From Bacillota bacterium (GTDB lineage Bacteria > Bacillota > Negativicutes > Sporomusales > CTSoil-080): a stretch of 64,000 nt of DNA. Both the position numbers and the translations under genes were made by a program. The DNA is taken from the NCBI GenBank assembly GCA_017889635.1, contig JAGGAC010000010.1, positions 18,105 through 82,104 of the forward strand, in the 5' to 3' direction. Shown piece after piece: positions 30,169-40,606 of this stretch. How positions within the stretch are numbered: the first letter of the stretch is position 1; each line of letters begins with the position of its first letter. Below the pieces are notes generated by a model, which saw only the letters and a list, made by a program, of their open reading frames with translations, did no database searches and was not told where the DNA came from.

Positions 30169-30876
30169 ATGGATCAGATGAGCCTTTCCTATCTTACGGT
30201 ATTCATAGCCGGAATAGCGTCCCTTTTTTCCCCCTGCGTATTACCACTGCTGCCAACCTATCTCGCTTTTTTGGGCGGCAACAGTAATACACCGAACCAG
30301 CAGACAACGTCTCGGCTGCGCCTATTAGTCAACACAAGCTTTTTCCTTATTGGATTCACCACAGCATTTATCCTAATGGGAGCCAGTGCGTCTTATCTTG
30401 GACAGCTGTTTTTGAATTACCATTCCGTTATTCGCAAATTCGGTGCCGTTTTTATAATACTCATGGGACTACAACTTTCAGGACTCTTGCCACTACCCAT
30501 CTTATACCAGGAACGCCGTCCCTTGTTAAAATACACCTTCCAAGGTCCGTTTGGAGCTTTTATCTTAGGAATTGCCTTAACCGCCGGCTGGACGCCGTGC
30601 ATCGGCCCGATTTTAGCCACTATTCTTATGTACGCAGGCACCGAGACAACAATCAATCAAGGAGCCTTGTTGTTGTTCGTTTACGCGCTTGGCTTTTGTC
30701 TCCCGTTTCTGGCAATCGCCGCCTTTTGCAATCAACTTTTGAAACACTTATCCCTGTTCTATTCCTGGCTGCCATTAATTCAGCGAGTTTCCGGAGTTGT
30801 GATCATTCTCAGCGGCCTCGCCATCTATTTTGATATAATGAACAAATTTCTGGCATTCTTATTAAGCCTCTCATAA
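30169..30876 (+). CDS. ccdA: cytochrome c-type biogenesis / thiol-disulfide transporter CcdA (DsbD family)
   Basis: The 235-aa ORF has the motif SPCVLPLLP in TM1 and a second Cys in TPCIGP. Confidence 0.75.
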   Translation: MDQMSLSYLTVFIAGIASLFSPCVLPLLPTYLAFLGGNSNTPNQQTTSRLRLLVNTSFFLIGFTTAFILMGASASYLGQLFLNYHSVIRKFGAVFIILMGLQLSGLLPLPILYQERRPLLKYTFQGPFGAFILGIALTAGWTPCIGPILATILMYAGTETTINQGALLLFVYALGFCLPFLAIAAFCNQLLKHLSLFYSWLPLIQRVSGVVIILSGLAIYFDIMNKFLAFLLSLS

Positions 30877-30970
30877 AGAAAAATACCGTCTAAGCCTTTC
30901 TGCTTTAGACGGTATTTTTCTTTTCATTCACACGCAGCCAATATATTAGCTTATCAGCTCAAAACAAAAA

Positions 30971-33031
30971 TCATATTTCAGGTGTAACAATCGGTTTATC
31001 ACTATTAGTCCTGCTCACCATGTTTTGGGTCAAATACGCCGAGAGCAAACCTCCCAAATTTTCATTTCCTTGCACTAAGAAATCCGGCGTCACCTTAATA
31101 TTACCGGCGGCAATCTGTTTAGCTATCTCAATCGAGACAACGCCCTCTTCGCCGATAGCCCTATTTTGTAGTTCGTAGGACTCCGCCGTAGCTTTCCCGA
31201 TTGCCAAGATTCTTTCGCCTTCAGCCTTACCTACTGCAGCAATGCCCTTGGCCTCGCCTTCTTTTTTGAGTCGGATAGTTTCAGCCTCACCTTCAGCAAA
31301 CCGGATGGCCTTCTCTTTGTTTTGCACAGCAATCTTAACCCCAATTTCTGCTTCTACAAGATTCTTTTGCTGATCAGCTTCCGCCCGCGTTTTCTCTGTC
31401 GCAATCCGTTTCGATTCAGCCTGTTGCTGGGAATAATACATCTCCATCTGCTGTTCAGCAATAATTCTTTCTGTTTGAGTTTTCATCAATTCCTGCGGCA
31501 GATTTATTTGACAGATCAGAACGCTTACACATTCCACATGATATCGTTCTAATTCCAACCTAGCTGCTTCCTCAGCTTTCTTCTGTTCGCTCTGCCGATC
31601 CTGCATAAAATTCATGGCCGATGTCGAAGAAGCTTGATTACGGAAAGAACTATCAATCATCGGATGAATAACATGGTTAATAAGATTTTCTATCGAACCG
31701 ATCTTGGAAACCATATACGGCGCTTGGTCAGGCCGGACCCTAATTATAACTTTTACAGATATCCCCATTTCAAAGCCGTCTTTCGAAACAACTTTTAGCG
31801 GATCGAATTTGGTTTCCTTACTTTCATCCCAATCAATAGTAATATTTGTAGTATCAATCATATAAGCTATGAAGGCCATTCGATTCAGATAATATGTACC
31901 CGGTCCAACAACTTCCTGTTGGATGCCGCGAAATCCCGCCGGTACAACATATCGTTCAATACCCGACCGCAGCCGTGCTTCAACGGCATTCTGCGTATCA
32001 TCAGATAACTTCCCGTCAGCTGCACTCTCATCAACAGCCTGTTTTACATGTTTAGGCTCCTCACCAACATTGGAGACCACCACCGCAACCTGTCCCCGTT
32101 CAACAACAGCAACATCATCTAAAGTCACAGAAAACATCATCGGATTGATATAGTAAGTACCTGGTTTAAGCACATCAAACTGCGGTCCTCGTTGTCCATC
32201 ATTAGCTAAAAAGGCCGATGCGTCCTGAAAATCACGGTGTCCGTCAATATGACTTGCGACAAACTCATGCTCCGGCAGCGCCATACCATCCTTTGCTGTA
32301 ACCAAGCCAATCTTATTTGCCGGCACTACAGTCGCCTCTTTTAGCTCCACCTTAAACAAATCTCTATTTATTCGATAAGTACCAGGCAGCAAAATATCAA
32401 TCTGAGGCCCACGTTGCCCGCCTTGATCCAAGAAAGCCTGCCCATTTTCAAAACTTGAATGTCCCACAATCCGTTCCGCCAAAAGTCGTCCCGGCTGGAT
32501 TTGCTGACCATCCATGGAAGTAACGACCCCAATCTGCCCAGTTGGAATCACCGTAACCGGAACAACCCTTACATTAAACAGAACTGGATTAATCCGATAA
32601 GTTCCTGCTGGAATTACAGGAATCTGAGGCCCCTTTTCTCCATTATTTGCTAAAAAAGCCGACCCATCTTGAAAAGTATTATGGCCATCGACAGTACGCC
32701 CGAAAATCTTTCCCGGCGGGATAGAATTGCCGTCAATACTTTCTACAAGGCCAATTTCATTTTCCTTAATTAGCGTAAACTGCTGCTTTTTCGTTGAATA
32801 AATAAACGGCACCAAGAAGTGAAGTCCGGGTCCCAAAGTCTTTGCCTGAATCCCAATCTCCTTTTCTTGCGCAATTACCCTCCCTTGAGGCATTGCCTTA
32901 CCAAAATATTTGCGCTCCAAAATTGCTATCTCATTACCACCGACAATTACTATCGACTTATAAAAAACAATAAGCACAATAACGATCCCAAGCGCAATCA
33001 ACAAACCCTTGACTAAACCAAGTTCAAGCAT
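30971..33031 (-). CDS. flotillin/SPFH (band-7) family protein with three N-terminal ~73-aa tandem repeats
   Basis: The 686-aa ORF has an N-terminal TM, three repeats (IG[LV]V.S.DG…GH..FQ.G.AFL…GPQ…PGTY.IN), then an SPFH-like domain and a coiled-coil flotillin C-terminus. Confidence 0.7.
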   Translation of the reverse strand: MLELGLVKGLLIALGIVIVLIVFYKSIVIVGGNEIAILERKYFGKAMPQGRVIAQEKEIGIQAKTLGPGLHFLVPFIYSTKKQQFTLIKENEIGLVESIDGNSIPPGKIFGRTVDGHNTFQDGSAFLANNGEKGPQIPVIPAGTYRINPVLFNVRVVPVTVIPTGQIGVVTSMDGQQIQPGRLLAERIVGHSSFENGQAFLDQGGQRGPQIDILLPGTYRINRDLFKVELKEATVVPANKIGLVTAKDGMALPEHEFVASHIDGHRDFQDASAFLANDGQRGPQFDVLKPGTYYINPMMFSVTLDDVAVVERGQVAVVVSNVGEEPKHVKQAVDESAADGKLSDDTQNAVEARLRSGIERYVVPAGFRGIQQEVVGPGTYYLNRMAFIAYMIDTTNITIDWDESKETKFDPLKVVSKDGFEMGISVKVIIRVRPDQAPYMVSKIGSIENLINHVIHPMIDSSFRNQASSTSAMNFMQDRQSEQKKAEEAARLELERYHVECVSVLICQINLPQELMKTQTERIIAEQQMEMYYSQQQAESKRIATEKTRAEADQQKNLVEAEIGVKIAVQNKEKAIRFAEGEAETIRLKKEGEAKGIAAVGKAEGERILAIGKATAESYELQNRAIGEEGVVSIEIAKQIAAGNIKVTPDFLVQGNENLGGLLSAYLTQNMVSRTNSDKPIVTPEI
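31906..32764 (-). repeat. diverged ~219-bp coding tandem repeats inside the flotillin gene
   Basis: Three protein-level repeats are visible in the translation. Confidence 0.5.
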
Positions 33032-33353
33032 CCTCTTCCTCCTCCAAAAACATTATCATTACTATATGTATCGCACCCCAACTTCAGACGTCCTATTATC
33101 CTCCCCTTCGAGTTGCTACCTATTATAATCTTATTACATAATATCATTCTGTAGTAAATTAAAATTACCTTTGTATTAATTAATTTTTCATCATTTTTAG
33201 CTAAAATTACAATAACATTTAATTTATATCGTGGAAAAGCAGCTCTAAAAAAGAAAAACTCAAGGACATTGAGCATCCTTGAGCAACACTAATTCTATTT
33301 TACAAATTACTTAATATAGTATTTCTCAACGCCATCAGCCGCTCAATACTTTA

Positions 33354-33998
33354 TTAACTAAAAGTATTCTCCCGCAAACCTGGCAACAAATCATATATCG
33401 ATCCACCAATTTTTTGTTCAACCTTATCCTTGTTTTCAAACAATAGTTTCCACTTCACCGCAGTATGCTCGGTTGTTCCATATCTAATAGCAGCTTCAAC
33501 TAATCTTTTTTCCAATAAGCAAAATCCACTAGGCAGCGCCAAACAATCACACAACTGAATAAGCCGATCGTATTCATTGTATTCAACAGACGCTATATAT
33601 GACTCCAAAAAACTTATCTCATCAGCCGAACAATCCCATTTACCCGAATACTCTTCTAATCCCTTAAGCCAAAAAGTATGGGTAATACAAATCCTTGCAG
33701 CGTCATCATACCCCCGCTGCTGCAAAAAGCGATATCCGTCAAAGGAGTGACGCATATAGGTTATACCCTCCCGTCTGCCAATATCATGCAAACAGCCCAC
33801 TACATAGGCCACTTCGCTATCAAGTTCAGGATGCTCTTTGGCAATAGCCTCGGCAGCCTGAGCTACAAACAGCGAATGCGGTACCCATCTTCCTGGATTC
33901 AGTTTTTCCGCCTCCATTAAAAACTTTTTAGCAGTATTCCTATCCGGAATTTTAATCAATACGATCCTTCCTTTCATTTCACCAAGCACACCAAACAT
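33354..33998 (-). CDS. HD-domain phosphohydrolase
   Basis: The 214-aa ORF has the HD motif (…VVGCLHDIGR…). Confidence 0.6.
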   Translation of the reverse strand: MFGVLGEMKGRIVLIKIPDRNTAKKFLMEAEKLNPGRWVPHSLFVAQAAEAIAKEHPELDSEVAYVVGCLHDIGRREGITYMRHSFDGYRFLQQRGYDDAARICITHTFWLKGLEEYSGKWDCSADEISFLESYIASVEYNEYDRLIQLCDCLALPSGFCLLEKRLVEAAIRYGTTEHTAVKWKLLFENKDKVEQKIGGSIYDLLPGLRENTFS

Positions 33999-34211
33999 TA
34001 TTGATTTTTACTATCTATTATAAACCATTTTTGCTCGAACATAGGCTTTTCAAAATCATATCCGATATTTCTCCATCGTTCCAAACTTTAATATCGGTAT
34101 AACTCAAGGCTTATACCGATATTAATATTTCATATTTTGTACAAGCTGAAAGCATGTATATAATTAAAGTAAAAGTAATTATCAAAACAATCGAAAGGCG
34201 GCGATTTAGAA

Positions 34212-36176
34212 TTGTGTGCAATTAGAAATGATAGATATCCGCATGTATTCCAGCCACTCAAAATTCGGGGAACCACATTGAAAAATCGGCTCCAATATTC
34301 ACCAACCGTAGTGTTAAAATGCAGTCCCGAAGGCGATGTTACCCAGGATATGATGGACTATGTCAAATGGCAAGCCCGGACAGGAGCAGCCTATGTAACC
34401 ATCGGAAACAGCCCCGTAGTCCATTCAGACAGTTCCGCATGGGTATGCGAACTTAACGTGACTCAGGATCGTTGCATACATGGCATTAATCAATTGGTTA
34501 TTGCTGCCCGGGAAAACGGCGCGGAACTTTCAATCGAACTTTCCCACGCCGGACGTGGCTCGGCCACTTCTTCGGAAACTCCAGCGCTGGCTCCTTCCGA
34601 TGTCCCCCTTAACGGCGGGCCTCTTGGCCATATCAAACCCATGAATTACGAAGACATGGCATATATTAAGAAACAATTTGTTGACTGCGCGGTTCGCTGC
34701 GAGCACGCCGGCCTCCGTATGATCATGCTTCACTGTGCCCACAACAACCTTTTGGCCCAGTTCATTTCGCCCCTCAGCAACAAACGCACCGATGAATACG
34801 GCGGAAGCTTTGAAAACCGCATACGTTATCCGCTGGAAGTACTTGCCGCAGTAAGGGCGGCTGTACCATCCATGATCATCGAACTCCGCGTCAGTGCCCA
34901 GGAAGACATCGAAGGCGGCCTAGAATTCGACGAATCCCTTGAATTTATGAAGATAGCACAACAATATGTGGATATCATGCATGTCTCCAGAGGCAACATC
35001 TTTTTCAATTACGGTTCGACTTGCACCATTCCTACCTATTTCAAAGGCCGACAGCTAAATATACCTTTTGCCCAGGAAATCAAAAAACACCTCAGGATTC
35101 CTGTGGCAGTAGTCGGCAATATCACCTCCCTGACAGAGGCGGAAGACATCATCGGAAATGGGAAGGCTGATATCGTTGTAATGGCAAAATCTTTCATGGC
35201 CGATGGAGACCTGGTCCGTAAATCTCTCCTGGACCAGGCCGGAGATATCCGTCCCTGCACCCGTTGCGACTGGTGCGGCAATGCTAACGTATATGGGACA
35301 AGCATGCGTTGTGCCGTCAATCCCAGGCTGGGAATTAATATTAATATCGCCGACACGATCCCTTCTGATAAAGCCAAAAACGTCATGGTTATCGGAGGCG
35401 GCCCCGGTGGTATGATGGCTGCGCAGACCCTATGTGAGATGGGACACAATGTTACCCTTTACGAAAAATCCGATAAACTCGGCGGCCTTGTCAAAGATGC
35501 CATCGCAGCACCGTTCAAAGAATACTTAAGACTATACCATGAGTGGAATGTCCGTCAGACCGAAAAATGCGGCGCAAAAATCATTTATAATACCGAAGTC
35601 ACCCCAGAACTCGTTGAAAAAACTAACCCGGATGCCATTATTGTAGCTACCGGTTCAAAATATATAAAGCCGAATATCGAAGGCATTGACAATCCCAAGG
35701 TCAAAATGGTCAGCGATGTTGAAAACCATAAAGTAAACGTCGGTCAAAAGGTCGTTGTCTGCGGCGGCGGGATCGTCGGACTGGAATGTGCTATCATGCT
35801 GGGCATGGAAGGCAAAGAAGTCACCGTCATCGACATGATACCTGCCAAAGATTTTGGAAAAGGTATGCCGGTATTCAACCACATCGAAGTCATGTACCAG
35901 CTTGAAAAATATGGCGTAAAGCTGCAGGGAGACCTCAAAATCAAAAAATTCACCGTCGAAGGCGTGGTAGCTACCGACTCGGAGAACAAAGAACATATTG
36001 TTCACGGCGATACATATGTCATTGCCCTCGGAGTCGAACCCGACGACGCTCTGGCACACACGCTTCTCTCCATGTATGCCGATGGAGTATATATAATCGG
36101 TGATTGTGTATCCACAGGACGTCTGATTGCCGATGCCAACCAAGAAGCCTTCCATGCTGCACTGCGAATAAAATAA
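34212..36176 (+). CDS. Old-Yellow-Enzyme family NADH:flavin oxidoreductase / 2-enoate reductase (paralog of 20958-22904)
   Basis: The 654-aa ORF has the same three-module architecture as the paralog (CTRCDWCGN…C cluster; GGGPGG). It has an in-frame TTG start. Confidence 0.8.
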   Translation: MCAIRNDRYPHVFQPLKIRGTTLKNRLQYSPTVVLKCSPEGDVTQDMMDYVKWQARTGAAYVTIGNSPVVHSDSSAWVCELNVTQDRCIHGINQLVIAARENGAELSIELSHAGRGSATSSETPALAPSDVPLNGGPLGHIKPMNYEDMAYIKKQFVDCAVRCEHAGLRMIMLHCAHNNLLAQFISPLSNKRTDEYGGSFENRIRYPLEVLAAVRAAVPSMIIELRVSAQEDIEGGLEFDESLEFMKIAQQYVDIMHVSRGNIFFNYGSTCTIPTYFKGRQLNIPFAQEIKKHLRIPVAVVGNITSLTEAEDIIGNGKADIVVMAKSFMADGDLVRKSLLDQAGDIRPCTRCDWCGNANVYGTSMRCAVNPRLGININIADTIPSDKAKNVMVIGGGPGGMMAAQTLCEMGHNVTLYEKSDKLGGLVKDAIAAPFKEYLRLYHEWNVRQTEKCGAKIIYNTEVTPELVEKTNPDAIIVATGSKYIKPNIEGIDNPKVKMVSDVENHKVNVGQKVVVCGGGIVGLECAIMLGMEGKEVTVIDMIPAKDFGKGMPVFNHIEVMYQLEKYGVKLQGDLKIKKFTVEGVVATDSENKEHIVHGDTYVIALGVEPDDALAHTLLSMYADGVYIIGDCVSTGRLIADANQEAFHAALRIK

Positions 36177-36265
36177 TCGACTCCCGGGATACAAAAAATC
36201 ATAGTCCTGAAAATACTAAAAGATCAAAGCACAACGCCTTGATCCATTATAGGAGGAACTCATCT

Positions 36266-37045
36266 ATGGAAAAACGCTTTACAGGAAAATCTGTCATCAT
36301 CACAGGTGGTGCCTCAGGCATCGGCAAAGCTACAGCCTTCGCCTTTGCTAAAGAAGGTGCCAATGTCCTCATCGCCACCTCCAGCAGCGAAGATAAGGCT
36401 CGTGCCGTCGCCGAAGAGATCCGAAACACATACGGTGTGATTACCGCCGGCGTCCGCTGTGATGTTCGAAATGAGGCCGATGTGAAAACAATGGTTGCTA
36501 AAGCCACCGAGTGCTTTGGCACTATCGACTTTGCCTTCAACAACGCCGGTGTCGGCCCCGACGGCGTAACCATCCCCATTGCCCCATTATGCGAAGTCAC
36601 AGAAAAGGACTGGGATTGGGTCATGGATGTCGATCTTAAGGGCGTGTTCCTCTGCATGAAGCATGAGCTTAAGCAGATGGAAAAACAGGGGAACGGCTGC
36701 ATTATCAACACCGCATCTACCGCAGGCATGAAGCCAATGGCAAACTTAGGTGCCTACAGCCCTGCCAAAGCTGGTCTCATCCACTTAACAAAGGCAGCTG
36801 CTGTAGAGTGCTTTGGGAAGAACATCCGCTGCAACGTCGTCTGCCCAGGCCCGACATTAGGTACCGGAATGGCTGACCGCTTGTTCGGAAAACCCGGCGA
36901 ACAAGACCCTAACAACCCTTCCCTGCCGCCGCAGTTCTGTAAACCAGAAGACATCGCCACCGTAGTGCTCTGGCTCTGCTCTGATGCCTGCGCCAAAGTG
37001 ACTGGCAACGTGGTTACTGCCGACGGCGGTCTTGACGTCATATAA
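36266..37045 (+). CDS. short-chain dehydrogenase/reductase (SDR)
   Basis: An ATG at 36266 follows AGGAGGAACT. It has TGGASGIGKA and YSPAKAG (YxxxK). The track ORF is extended upstream of the real start. Confidence 0.8.
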   Translation: MEKRFTGKSVIITGGASGIGKATAFAFAKEGANVLIATSSSEDKARAVAEEIRNTYGVITAGVRCDVRNEADVKTMVAKATECFGTIDFAFNNAGVGPDGVTIPIAPLCEVTEKDWDWVMDVDLKGVFLCMKHELKQMEKQGNGCIINTASTAGMKPMANLGAYSPAKAGLIHLTKAAAVECFGKNIRCNVVCPGPTLGTGMADRLFGKPGEQDPNNPSLPPQFCKPEDIATVVLWLCSDACAKVTGNVVTADGGLDVI

Positions 37046-37100
37046 TTTACTACCCGTATATCAAAACATTCATTTTTCATATCAACTATACACATAAAAA

Positions 37101-37137
37101 TGACACGGCATAAATCCGTGTCATTTTTATGTTTTTT
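37101..37137. terminator. terminator hairpin (copy 1; part of the left direct repeat)
   Basis: TGACACGGCATAAATCCGTGTCA followed by TTTTTATGTTTTTTT. Confidence 0.55.
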
Positions 37138-37213
37138 TGGCAGGGGCAGTAGGACTTGAACCCACAACCAACGGTTTTGGAGACCGCTACTCTACCAATT
37201 GAGCTATACCCCT
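37102..37213. repeat. left copy of ~110-bp direct repeat (tRNA-Trp + terminator)
   Basis: It is near-identical to 44932-45043 and differs at a few positions in the T-arm half. Confidence 0.7.
37138..37213 (-). tRNA. trnW: tRNA-Trp (CCA), copy 1
   Basis: The minus strand reads AGGGGTATAGCTCAATTGGTAGAGTAGCGGTCTCCAAAACCGTTGGTTGTGGGTTCAAGTCCTACTGCCCCTGCCA. The anticodon loop CTCCAAA gives CCA. Confidence 0.9.
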
Positions 37214-37468
37214 ATGACCGCGAATTTACAAGCCTTGTAGACCTATGTATATATTGTAGTACAATTCAGGGTAACAAGTCAAACGTTAATATCTTATGTT
37301 GCATTTTCAGGGTAAGACTTAAGCCCTCACCTATATAAAAAAGCAGTCAAATTATATACCTTTCCTAATCCAAAAACATCATATTTATACCAGCGTTCAA
37401 CAAGACAACTTCAGGTGTTTAAGAAGCTACTACTTAGCTTGCAATTTACCGACACAACGATACTCCTT

Positions 37469-37891
37469 TTAACTATATTTAGGCAATTCCTTGCCACAAT
37501 TTATACAAACTATTGCTTCTTTCTTTATACCATCTGCACAAAATGGACATTTTATTATGCCACTAATAAACTGCTTTTTAGTGGGCTTATATCGAATAAT
37601 GCGATATCCAATATAAAATATCACCCAAAAAGCAAAATAACACGCATCGAAATTATTCCATCCATTTTTATTAATGTCCGTGATAGGGCGGCTCAATATC
37701 ATTATCATAAAAACCCGTTCTCCCCAGTCTTCATATCCAAATAGCCTATCAACGACAGCCAGTATTCCAAAAACAGAGAATATTACTAAATCCGGTAATA
37801 AGCTAAACCCTTGTGGATCTAGATACCAACCAACAGCTTCAAAAATACCGAGTATTAGTAAACCTTTGAACCAACGTGAATTTACTCTCAC
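37469..37891 (-). CDS. membrane protein with C-terminal zinc ribbon
   Basis: The 140-aa ORF has hydrophobic helices and a C-terminal CPFC…CINCG. Confidence 0.45.
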   Translation of the reverse strand: MRVNSRWFKGLLILGIFEAVGWYLDPQGFSLLPDLVIFSVFGILAVVDRLFGYEDWGERVFMIMILSRPITDINKNGWNNFDACYFAFWVIFYIGYRIIRYKPTKKQFISGIIKCPFCADGIKKEAIVCINCGKELPKYS

Positions 37892-38017
37892 CTTTCTTAA
37901 TCCCTTCTTAGATAATTCCTTTTATTACGCCACCAAGTGCTTAACGACAGGTACTTCAATCTTCTTTTAAATCATGTAGCCTAACTACTCTATTATTAAT
38001 AATCACTCAGCAGTAAT

Positions 38018-38647
38018 TTAACTTCCGCTCAAAGTATGCAGTTCGTTAATAAAATTATTTTCTTCAGCATTACGCCGACTTTTCTTAGCTTCATCAGTTT
38101 CTACCACTTCGACTTTGATACCACGCTTATTAAACTCCTTGATCAATACAGGTGCCTTAGCTTTCAAAACCTGGTCATTGACAATTCCAAACAAGTCAAG
38201 ATTCTCCTCCCCATTTTCTTCTTTTATAACAACTTTGCAACTATACGAATAACGCCCGCGATATGCATTAATAGTAATAATCGCAGGACTCTGTATACTA
38301 TCCAAAGATACTACTTTAGTAACAAATAAATTTCTGGCACTACGGTAACTAATTTCTTTATCCGTAATATGTCCGTAACCAAAGCTCCAAAAAAACACCT
38401 GGCACAAAGTAAATAATATAAGATATACGATGCCATCAATATTACGTCGATACTTACCCACAACTACTATTAGAAGAATTAATTGAGTTAACAAATAAAA
38501 TGTTTTAGTAAATGTAGGAAACACCAAAATATACTTATAGCTATTATTTAGGAATTCTAATAAACCCGGCATTGCAATAACCAGAAATATCCATATAACA
38601 AACAGAAACATCCTTAGAATTTTTTCCATCACTGTATTAACTCCCAA
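38018..38647 (-). CDS. membrane protein with C-terminal soluble domain
   Basis: The 209-aa ORF has 3-4 TM helices followed by a ~110-aa charged domain. Confidence 0.45.
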   Translation of the reverse strand: MGVNTVMEKILRMFLFVIWIFLVIAMPGLLEFLNNSYKYILVFPTFTKTFYLLTQLILLIVVVGKYRRNIDGIVYLILFTLCQVFFWSFGYGHITDKEISYRSARNLFVTKVVSLDSIQSPAIITINAYRGRYSYSCKVVIKEENGEENLDLFGIVNDQVLKAKAPVLIKEFNKRGIKVEVVETDEAKKSRRNAEENNFINELHTLSGS

Positions 38648-38700
38648 GTTTATGAAGTTCTTCTCCTCTTCCTATCTTTCATTTTGCCATTTAATGCAGT

Positions 38701-39129
38701 TTATAACTGCTTCTCAACAAACTTATGTGCTATTTTACTAGGAAGGATTCGCATGTAACCTTTAGTCCCTTTATTAAAGTGTTTATAATTAATTTTACCT
38801 TTCAAATTTCTTATTGGAACTTTCTCCATAGCAAAAAAGCAAAATCTCACAATGCCTACAATAATTGCACATAATATGAGGCCAAAAAGCAATAAATTAT
38901 CTATACCGTAATAATATTTAATAATGCCGTTAACAACAATATATAGAGAGAACAGAAGAAAGCATAATACTAATACTTTTGCCATTTCTTTTTTGCTTTC
39001 TTTTCTATTATCAAACATACATAATAAAATCATTCCTACTATCGAAAACCAATACTCATAATAATAGGCTTTTATAAAAGTTAATAGTTCCGATGATATC
39101 AATCTATCTCTCCTTCCAAGCAAATACAA
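38701..39129 (-). CDS. small membrane protein
   Basis: The 142-aa ORF has about 4 hydrophobic helices. Confidence 0.4.
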   Translation of the reverse strand: MYLLGRRDRLISSELLTFIKAYYYEYWFSIVGMILLCMFDNRKESKKEMAKVLVLCFLLFSLYIVVNGIIKYYYGIDNLLLFGLILCAIIVGIVRFCFFAMEKVPIRNLKGKINYKHFNKGTKGYMRILPSKIAHKFVEKQL

Positions 39130-39173
39130 CTATCATATAATAAGCAATATTCATAGTTAAAAGTATCGTATTA

Positions 39174-39896
39174 TCAACTTGAGTTTTTTCCCTGTCCGTT
39201 CGCTAGAACCGCCTTTATTTCTCGTTGCAGCCAAATAAACTCAAATAAATAGTAGAAACCAAAGCTTTCACCGCCAGCTATACACGCTGCAAATTCCCAG
39301 CCAAGTCCCAAAAAACCTGGTACAATCCCAGATATCATCCAAAAAGCCAGACATAGCCAACGCAGATAATTGAATCTTTTTTTATCTCTTACTTTATCGC
39401 AAACTACTGCAATAACTGCTGTTATTACCGCAGAAACTATTATCACGCCTAGCGCTTTCAACATTAGATTAGGAACTAGAGCTGTTTTAGAATTTTGACC
39501 ACCTAAAATAAAACTCGCCAATAAACTAACTGGAATTAATACTAGTGCCAGCATAAACTTCCAAGCGAATCCTTTTGGCAGTTCTTCTTTTACTCCAACT
39601 TGTGATACCACTTGCTTTTGTGACGTTTTCAACGTTTTACTCAAGAGATAATAAAGCCCCATTATAGTGATTGCTCCACCAACGGAGAAAATCCATCCCA
39701 AACTGCTACCTACAATTACTATAAAAATTCCGCATCCAATGCAGCACCACTTGAAAAGTTTTATACTCACCGCTTTCCGGCGATAGGCAAAATTGTGTAA
39801 GCACCCAACGATAAAAAACGCAAAGAAAATAGTTACTTTAAAAATTAATAAGCTATGCTGTCGTAATTCAACCGGCATTGCTAGATATTGTTCCAC
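39174..39896 (-). CDS. multi-pass membrane protein
   Basis: The 240-aa ORF has about 6-7 hydrophobic helices. Confidence 0.45.
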   Translation of the reverse strand: MEQYLAMPVELRQHSLLIFKVTIFFAFFIVGCLHNFAYRRKAVSIKLFKWCCIGCGIFIVIVGSSLGWIFSVGGAITIMGLYYLLSKTLKTSQKQVVSQVGVKEELPKGFAWKFMLALVLIPVSLLASFILGGQNSKTALVPNLMLKALGVIIVSAVITAVIAVVCDKVRDKKRFNYLRWLCLAFWMISGIVPGFLGLGWEFAACIAGGESFGFYYLFEFIWLQREIKAVLANGQGKNSS

Positions 39897-39918
39897 CCTA
39901 ACGCCCCATTCTCAATAA

Positions 39919-40293
39919 TTAATCAAACTTTTTACCACAGTTATAACAAAACTTATGCGACCGTTCGCATAGTTCAATTAAACACCAAGAACATCGCTTA
40001 TTCTTTATGTACATAATTAAACTTACAATTAAATACATTACGAAAACTAAACTAGCAAAAATGGCCTTTACAAACAATGTACTCTCAGGACCAAAAACCA
40101 TAACAATTACAAAAAGTCCAATGAAAAACAATTCTTTAGTCCATTTATTTAATGGTCCACATTTCACTGTTTTCATACCAGGATTGTTATTCGCGCCACA
40201 CAGAGGGCAATATTTATATATAGTTCTAACTCGTCCGACGTACCCGGTAAGGTCATAATGGCAAACGCGGCAGACTTTATTTTGTTCTTCCAT
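39919..40293 (-). CDS. double zinc-ribbon membrane protein
   Basis: The 124-aa ORF has CRVC…CPLCG at the N-terminus, two TM helices, and CSWC…CYNCG at the C-terminus. Confidence 0.45.
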   Translation of the reverse strand: MEEQNKVCRVCHYDLTGYVGRVRTIYKYCPLCGANNNPGMKTVKCGPLNKWTKELFFIGLFVIVMVFGPESTLFVKAIFASLVFVMYLIVSLIMYIKNKRCSWCLIELCERSHKFCYNCGKKFD

Positions 40294-40606
40294 GTTTTCT
40301 CCTTATTAAGTTCCGAAACTTCCTATCCATAAGTACAGCTACAATGTTGGTTCTTCCGCAGATGCAATTTTCACCTCATTACTGGCAATCAGCTGGCTAC
40401 CGTCAAAAGCCATTACAGGTATAGTAATTAAGAGCGGTAACATAAAAAAGACAAAACGGCATTTACCCAGAAATTCTTGCCAAGCCTCTAAGCTATATTT
40501 CCATACAGCCAAGCCTTCACTAATAAGTTAAGCAAAATCATTAAGCCAAGCAACACGCCTTCGTAATGCTAGTAAACAAAGCAGAAACTTATTAATCTAT
40601 TTCTGA

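Noticed and set aside
35036-35449. 137-aa antisense ORF inside the second enoate reductase, plus similar antisense ORFs in ilvD (52262-52747), CobT genes (6352-6969) and others
   Set aside because: They are antisense to strongly supported genes, with no RBS. They look like frame artefacts of GC-rich coding sequence.
36104-36265. Upstream extension of the SDR ORF
   Set aside because: It overlaps the end of the preceding gene. ATG 36266 has a perfect AGGAGG RBS and starts the Rossmann motif.
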